Part shown: positions 41,192 through 44,934 of the stretch, one piece after another
How positions within the stretch are numbered: position 1 is the stretch's first letter
Layout of the letters: the number at the start of each line of letters is the position of its first letter
From: Chloroflexota bacterium
GTDB taxonomy: Bacteria; Chloroflexota; Limnocylindria; Limnocylindrales; CSP1-4
DNA length: 44,934 nucleotides
NCBI GenBank assembly: GCA_041691435.1
Contig: JBEPUS010000002.1
Span: 1-44,934 of the forward strand
Direction of reading: 5' to 3'
Program-made: the position numbers and the translations under genes
Notes under the pieces: model-generated
Databases searched by the model: none
The model's input: the letters and a program-made list of their open reading frames with translations, nothing else
What the model was told of the DNA's origin: nothing

Positions 41192-42171
41192 ACTACCGGC
41201 GGTTGGGCAAGACCGGCTACCAGGTGAGCGCCATCGGATTCGGGGCATGGCCGATCGGCAGCGACTATGGCCCGACCGAGGATGCCACGAGTCTCAAGGC
41301 GCTCCACGCTGCGGCAGATGCCGGCGTCACCTTCTTCGACACGGCCGACAACTACGGTGACGGCCGCAGTGAGCGAGTCATCGGGGAGTTCCTCAAGCAG
41401 CGCTCCGGCGAGCGCCTGTACGTCGCCACGAAGATCGGCCAGCGCGTGCCGCTGGACATGGCCAATTACACGGCTGCCGCGTTCCGCGGCTGGGTCGACG
41501 ATTGCCGCCAAAACCTGGGTGTCGAGCAGCTCGACCTCGTCCAGCTCCATTGCCTGCCGACTCCGATCTACTACCGCCCCGACCTCTTCGAGGCGATGGA
41601 CCGGCTCATCGAGGCTGGCGTCATCGCCCACTACGGGGTCAGTGTCGAGAAGGTCGAGGAGGGCCTCAAGGCGATCGAGTATCCCAACGTCGCCAGCGTG
41701 CAGCTCGTCTTCAACCTGCTCCGTCAGCGACCCACCGAGCTGTTCTTCGGCGAGGCGATCAAGCGCGACGTGGGGATCATCGCCCGGGTGCCCCTGGCCT
41801 CGGGCCTGCTCACCGGAAAGTTCAACGCGGGCTCAACCTTCGACGCCAGCGATCATCGCCAGTACAACCGCCACGGCGAGGAGTTCGACGTCGGCGAAAC
41901 CTTCGCGGGCGTCCCCTTCGAGACCGGCCTCGGGGTGATCGAGGAGCTCCGGCCGCTGGTGCCCGCGGGCGCGACGCTGGCCCAGCTGGCATTGCGCTGG
42001 ATCCTCATGCACGACGCGGTCAGCGCCGCGATCCCCGGGGCCAAGACGCCCGACCAGGCTCAGGCCAATGCGGCCGCGGCCGATCTCGCGCCGCTGTCCG
42101 CGACGACAATGCGGGCAATCGAGGAGATCTACGAGGGCCGCGTGAAGCCGCTCGTCCACCAGCGCTGGTAG
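41188..42171 (+). CDS. Aldo/keto reductase
   Basis: Starts (GTG)NYRRLGKTGYQVSAIGFGAWPIG and contains FFDTADNYGDGRSERVIG. GTGA overlap with the upstream gene. The track ORF start at 40393 is an extension. Confidence 0.85.
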   Translation: MNYRRLGKTGYQVSAIGFGAWPIGSDYGPTEDATSLKALHAAADAGVTFFDTADNYGDGRSERVIGEFLKQRSGERLYVATKIGQRVPLDMANYTAAAFRGWVDDCRQNLGVEQLDLVQLHCLPTPIYYRPDLFEAMDRLIEAGVIAHYGVSVEKVEEGLKAIEYPNVASVQLVFNLLRQRPTELFFGEAIKRDVGIIARVPLASGLLTGKFNAGSTFDASDHRQYNRHGEEFDVGETFAGVPFETGLGVIEELRPLVPAGATLAQLALRWILMHDAVSAAIPGAKTPDQAQANAAAADLAPLSATTMRAIEEIYEGRVKPLVHQRW

Positions 42172-42192
42172 GGCCGCCCCAGGCAGGCAGGA

Positions 42193-43155
42193 TCAGCCGA
42201 GAATCGCCTCGGCCGTGCCCTCGTCGGTGATCAGCACATCGACCGTGCCGCTGCGAATGGCGGCGCGTACGGCCAGCGCCTTGGCGGCGCCAGCTGCGAT
42301 CGCGATCACCTGCGGGATCGCGGCCAGGTCGGCCCATTCGATCGCGACCGTACGCCGGTCAAGGTGCTCGACGGGCCGGCCGTCGATGTCGAAGAAGCGC
42401 GAGTTCATGCTGCCCACGGCGCCCTGCGCCAGCAGCAGGCCGAGGTCGTCGCCCAGGATGTGGCTCGCCGCAAGCAGCGTCGCGTTGGGCGTCATGTCGC
42501 CGATCCCAACGAGCGCGATCTCGCTGCGCGCGGCCGTTGCCAGGGCCGCCTGGACTGATCGGTCGGCGAGCAGGGCGTCGCAGATCGCCGCGGAATCGAC
42601 GATCGACGGAGCGTGCAGGTAGGTGACCCGGCTGTCCGGATAGATCTCGGTGAGCCGCCGGGCGAGCTCGTGGCCCTGCGTGCCGGGCGCGGCATCGGCC
42701 AGGCCGCCCGCGAGCTGGGCCACCTGCAGCTCGCCGACGACGCCCGGATCGAGATTGCGGGCAACGGCCGCGATCGTCTGGCCCCAGCCGATGCCCACTC
42801 GGCTGCCGCGGCGGAGCTGGTCCGAGATGAACTCCGCCGCGGCCCGCGCGACGACCTCCATCTCGCTGCCGTCATCGTCGGGCAGGGCGGTGACAACGGC
42901 CCGGTCCAGCCCGAACTGGCTGGCCAGGCGCAGGCCGAGCTCGACGTTCGGCCGGACGGGCGTCACGATGTCGATCTTGACGATCCCCTCGTCGCGGGCC
43001 CGCTTGAGGTAGCGCGAGATCGTCGATGGATCAAGGCCCAGGTCGCGGGCGATCTCGATCTGGCTGCTGCCGTGGAGGTAGTGCCTCGTGGCGAGCTCGA
43101 TCAGCAGGTCGAGCGACTGCGCATCGACCGGGGTGCGCTCGAGTCTCGCTCGCAT
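42193..43155 (-). CDS. SorC/DeoR-type sugar-binding transcriptional regulator
   Basis: LLIELATRHYLHGSSQIEIARDLGLDPSTISRYLKRARDEGIVKIDI plus a sugar-phosphate-binding domain. Start at ATG 43155. Confidence 0.85.
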   Translation of the reverse strand: MRARLERTPVDAQSLDLLIELATRHYLHGSSQIEIARDLGLDPSTISRYLKRARDEGIVKIDIVTPVRPNVELGLRLASQFGLDRAVVTALPDDDGSEMEVVARAAAEFISDQLRRGSRVGIGWGQTIAAVARNLDPGVVGELQVAQLAGGLADAAPGTQGHELARRLTEIYPDSRVTYLHAPSIVDSAAICDALLADRSVQAALATAARSEIALVGIGDMTPNATLLAASHILGDDLGLLLAQGAVGSMNSRFFDIDGRPVEHLDRRTVAIEWADLAAIPQVIAIAAGAAKALAVRAAIRSGTVDVLITDEGTAEAILG

Positions 43156-43312
43156 GGGCCGACTCCAATCGCTGGGGGCTCGATCCGGGCCATCGTACAG
43201 GATCGATTCCGGCCATCCGGGCGGCCTTCCGTTGACGGCTGCGCATGTTCTTGTCGTATGCTGCACTTCCTTGAAACGCCGTGTGAAGCAGAGAAATGGG
43301 GGCGGAGCCCGG

Positions 43313-44023
43313 GTGAGCGTTGATGAGCTGCGCCGTCAGGCGTGGCAGGCCTACCAGGACATCGTCCGAGCGGGCCTGGTCAACCTGACGTTCGGGAACG
43401 CGAGCGTGGTCGATCGGGGCGCGGGCGTGCTGGCGATCAAGCCGAGCGGCATCCCAGCCAGCCTGCTCAAGATCGACGACATCGTGGTCGTGTCGCTCGA
43501 GACCGGCGCCGTGGTCGAGGGCCACGCTCGCCCGTCATCGGACCTGCCGACGCACCTGGTGCTGGCCCGGGCGTTCCCGGAAGCCGGCGCGATCATCCAT
43601 ACCCACTCGCCGGCGGCTACGGCCTGGGCCCAGGCCCACCGGCCGATCCCGTGCCTCGGAACGACTCACGCAGACCATTTCCGGGGCAGCGTCCCGGTCA
43701 CGCGGACCATGACGGCGGGCGAGATCGGCGGCGACTACGAGGCGGCAACTGGCCGGGTGATCGTGGAAACGTTCCAGCGATTGGCGATCGCGCCCGGCGA
43801 CGTGCCCGCGGTCCTGGTCAGCGACCACGGTCCGTTCACCTGGGGTCGCGATGGCGAATCCGCCGTGACGAACGCCATCGCCCTTGAGCTGGTGGCGGCA
43901 ATCGCACTGGACACGCTGGCCCTCACCGGAGACATCGGTCCGATCGCCGGCGAGCTGCTCGAGCGCCATCACCAGCGCAAGCACGGCCCGCGGGCGACCT
44001 ACGGCCAGGGGCCAGAGCACTGA
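43313..44023 (+). CDS. araD: L-ribulose-5-phosphate 4-epimerase (class II aldolase/adducin family)
   Basis: LVNLTFGNASVVDR..GVLAIKPSG..VVSLETGAVVEGHARPSSDLPTH..IIHTHSPAATAWAQA..GTTHADHF..HGPFTWG..KHGPRATYGQ tracks E. coli AraD closely. GTG start at 43313. Confidence 0.85.
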   Translation: MSVDELRRQAWQAYQDIVRAGLVNLTFGNASVVDRGAGVLAIKPSGIPASLLKIDDIVVVSLETGAVVEGHARPSSDLPTHLVLARAFPEAGAIIHTHSPAATAWAQAHRPIPCLGTTHADHFRGSVPVTRTMTAGEIGGDYEAATGRVIVETFQRLAIAPGDVPAVLVSDHGPFTWGRDGESAVTNAIALELVAAIALDTLALTGDIGPIAGELLERHHQRKHGPRATYGQGPEH

Positions 44024-44934
44024 CGCGGATCCTGGTCCTGGGCGACAGCTACTGCCCGAGCGAGCGCTTCCGGGCGGCCTTCGCGAGCCTCGCGGGCGAC
44101 AACAGCGTCGAGTACGCCGACCTCACGGACGACCCGTCCTGGCAACCGGCCAGTCCATCCGAGCAGCGGATCAAGGAGGTCCTCGGCTCGCCCGGCCAGG
44201 TGATCGCGCACCTGGACGGCCAGGAGGTCCTCGTGGTCCAGGGCGCACCCGTGACCGATGCGGTCCTCGATGCTGCGCCCATCCGGCTCGTGGCCGTGGC
44301 CCGGGGCGGCCCGGTCAACATCGACCTCCAGGCTGCGGCCGACCGGGGCATCCCGGTCGTCACCACGCCGGGCAAGAACGCGACTGCCGTCGCCGAGCTC
44401 ACGATCGCCTGCCTCGTGCTGCTCGCCCGGCGAGCGGTCGACGCGATCCGGTTCATCGACGCCGGTGGCGAGTTCGGCCTCGACAACTACGAGGGCGCCA
44501 ATTGGCTGGGCCACGATCTCGCCGGCCACACCCTGGGCCTCGTCGGCTTCGGCCAGGTTGGCCGGCGGGTGGCTTCGAGGGCCGCCGCCTTCGAGATGCG
44601 GGTGCTGGCGTATGACCCGTACATGCCCGCTGAGGTCGTCCGGTCCGGTGGAGCGGAGCCGGTCGGCCTCGACGAGCTGCTGGCTGAATCCGATCATCTC
44701 TCGCTACATGCCCGGCTTGGCGTGGATAATCGGGGCCTCTTCGACGCGCGGAGGTTTGGCCAGGTGAAGTCCGGTGCCACGTTCGTCAATACGGCCCGGG
44801 CCGAGCTGGTCGATGAGAGCGCGCTGCACGACGCCCTGGTCTCGGGGCGCGTCGGCCGCGCGGGCGGGGCCGGTTGCTCGGGGCGCGCGGGCCGGGCGGC
44901 GGCCCGCCCTGTGGGGCGGGCCACCGGGGTCGTG
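44020..44934 (+). CDS. D-isomer-specific 2-hydroxyacid dehydrogenase family protein; no canonical start codon, runs off the window, 3' part aberrant
   Basis: My own translation (not in the ORF track): (L)TRILVLGDSYCPSERF.. GHTLGLVGFGQVGRRVA (NAD GxGxxG) ..ATFVNTARAELVDESAL. After the in-frame stop at 43885 no ATG/GTG/TTG occurs before the conserved N-terminus. CTG 44020 overlaps the araD stop (CTGA). Confidence 0.65.
   Translation, partial: MTRILVLGDSYCPSERFRAAFASLAGDNSVEYADLTDDPSWQPASPSEQRIKEVLGSPGQVIAHLDGQEVLVVQGAPVTDAVLDAAPIRLVAVARGGPVNIDLQAAADRGIPVVTTPGKNATAVAELTIACLVLLARRAVDAIRFIDAGGEFGLDNYEGANWLGHDLAGHTLGLVGFGQVGRRVASRAAAFEMRVLAYDPYMPAEVVRSGGAEPVGLDELLAESDHLSLHARLGVDNRGLFDARRFGQVKSGATFVNTARAELVDESALHDALVSGRVGRAGGAGCSGRAGRAAARPVGRATGVV
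44901..44922. repeat. Perfect 9-bp GC hairpin inside the expected dehydrogenase coding sequence
   Basis: ggcccgccc-tgtg-gggcgggcc. Preceded by an 11-nt direct repeat ctcggggcgcg at 44841 and 44877. Confidence 0.6.

Noticed and set aside
43232-43262. TTGACG ... TATGCT as the araD promoter.
   Set aside because: The spacer is 19 nt by my count, longer than usual, so I did not list it as a feature.
1-44934. Mobile elements, prophage or defence islands, tRNA/rRNA genes, and compositional islands.
   Set aside because: I saw no transposase, integrase, nuclease/helicase defence-type ORFs or extended low-GC stretch. The only AT-richer spots are short promoter-like segments. tRNA absence was judged by eye only, so a tRNAscan-SE run would confirm it.

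Overview
High-GC (roughly 70% by eye), gene-dense chromosomal window with about 47 intact CDS. I saw no rRNA, tRNA, CRISPR array, transposase or integrase. GTG/TTG starts, many 4-nt ATGA/GTGA gene overlaps and several F420-family enzymes suggest an Actinomycetota-like (possibly Chloroflexota-like) genome. Gene content, left to right:
- A copper pair: a CopC-CopD fusion (missing from the ORF track because it runs off the left edge) and a YcnI-like protein.
- A membrane protein plus an OmpR/HK two-component operon, divergent from a polytopic molybdopterin oxidoreductase.
- TetR + ABC-2 exporter, then MarR + heterodimeric ABC exporter.
- An ArsA/Get3-like ATPase.
- A second-messenger block: GGDEF cyclase, tandem HD-GYP, FIST + class III adenylate cyclase, MscL, and a Cys-less DksA-like protein.
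- L-fuconate-type sugar-acid genes.
- An unassigned catabolic operon: VOC, DSD1-type PLP enzyme, cyclase/formamidase, APC permease.
- DeoR + DhaK/DhaL-TIM-RpiB-AKR operon, then SorC + AraD + a 2-hydroxyacid dehydrogenase that runs off the right edge.
I found no defence or mobile system. The signals that ordinary annotation does not explain are:
1. Three short 5' gene stubs (LLM/F420 oxidoreductase, HAD, SDR). Each keeps its RBS, start codon and N-terminal family motif, and each ends on or over the next start codon, so they may work as coupling leader ORFs.
2. A 168-bp imperfect palindrome made of two mirror-image 31-bp modules (27/31 identical), each reading as a pho-box-like repeat plus TATGG. 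It lies between the response-regulator operon and the Moco enzyme gene.
3. Long-range 14/15 inverted repeats and a 22-nt tandem repeat in other long intergenic regions.
4. A perfect 12-bp palindrome in front of the DksA-like gene.
5. A DhaKL-TIM-RpiB operon whose TIM paralogue has altered catalytic motifs, suggesting a tetrulose route.
6. A dehydrogenase gene with no canonical start codon, only a CTGA overlap, and a 3' end that degenerates into GC-rich repeats.
All coordinates and alignments were done by hand. All homology calls come from motif recognition, not database searches.
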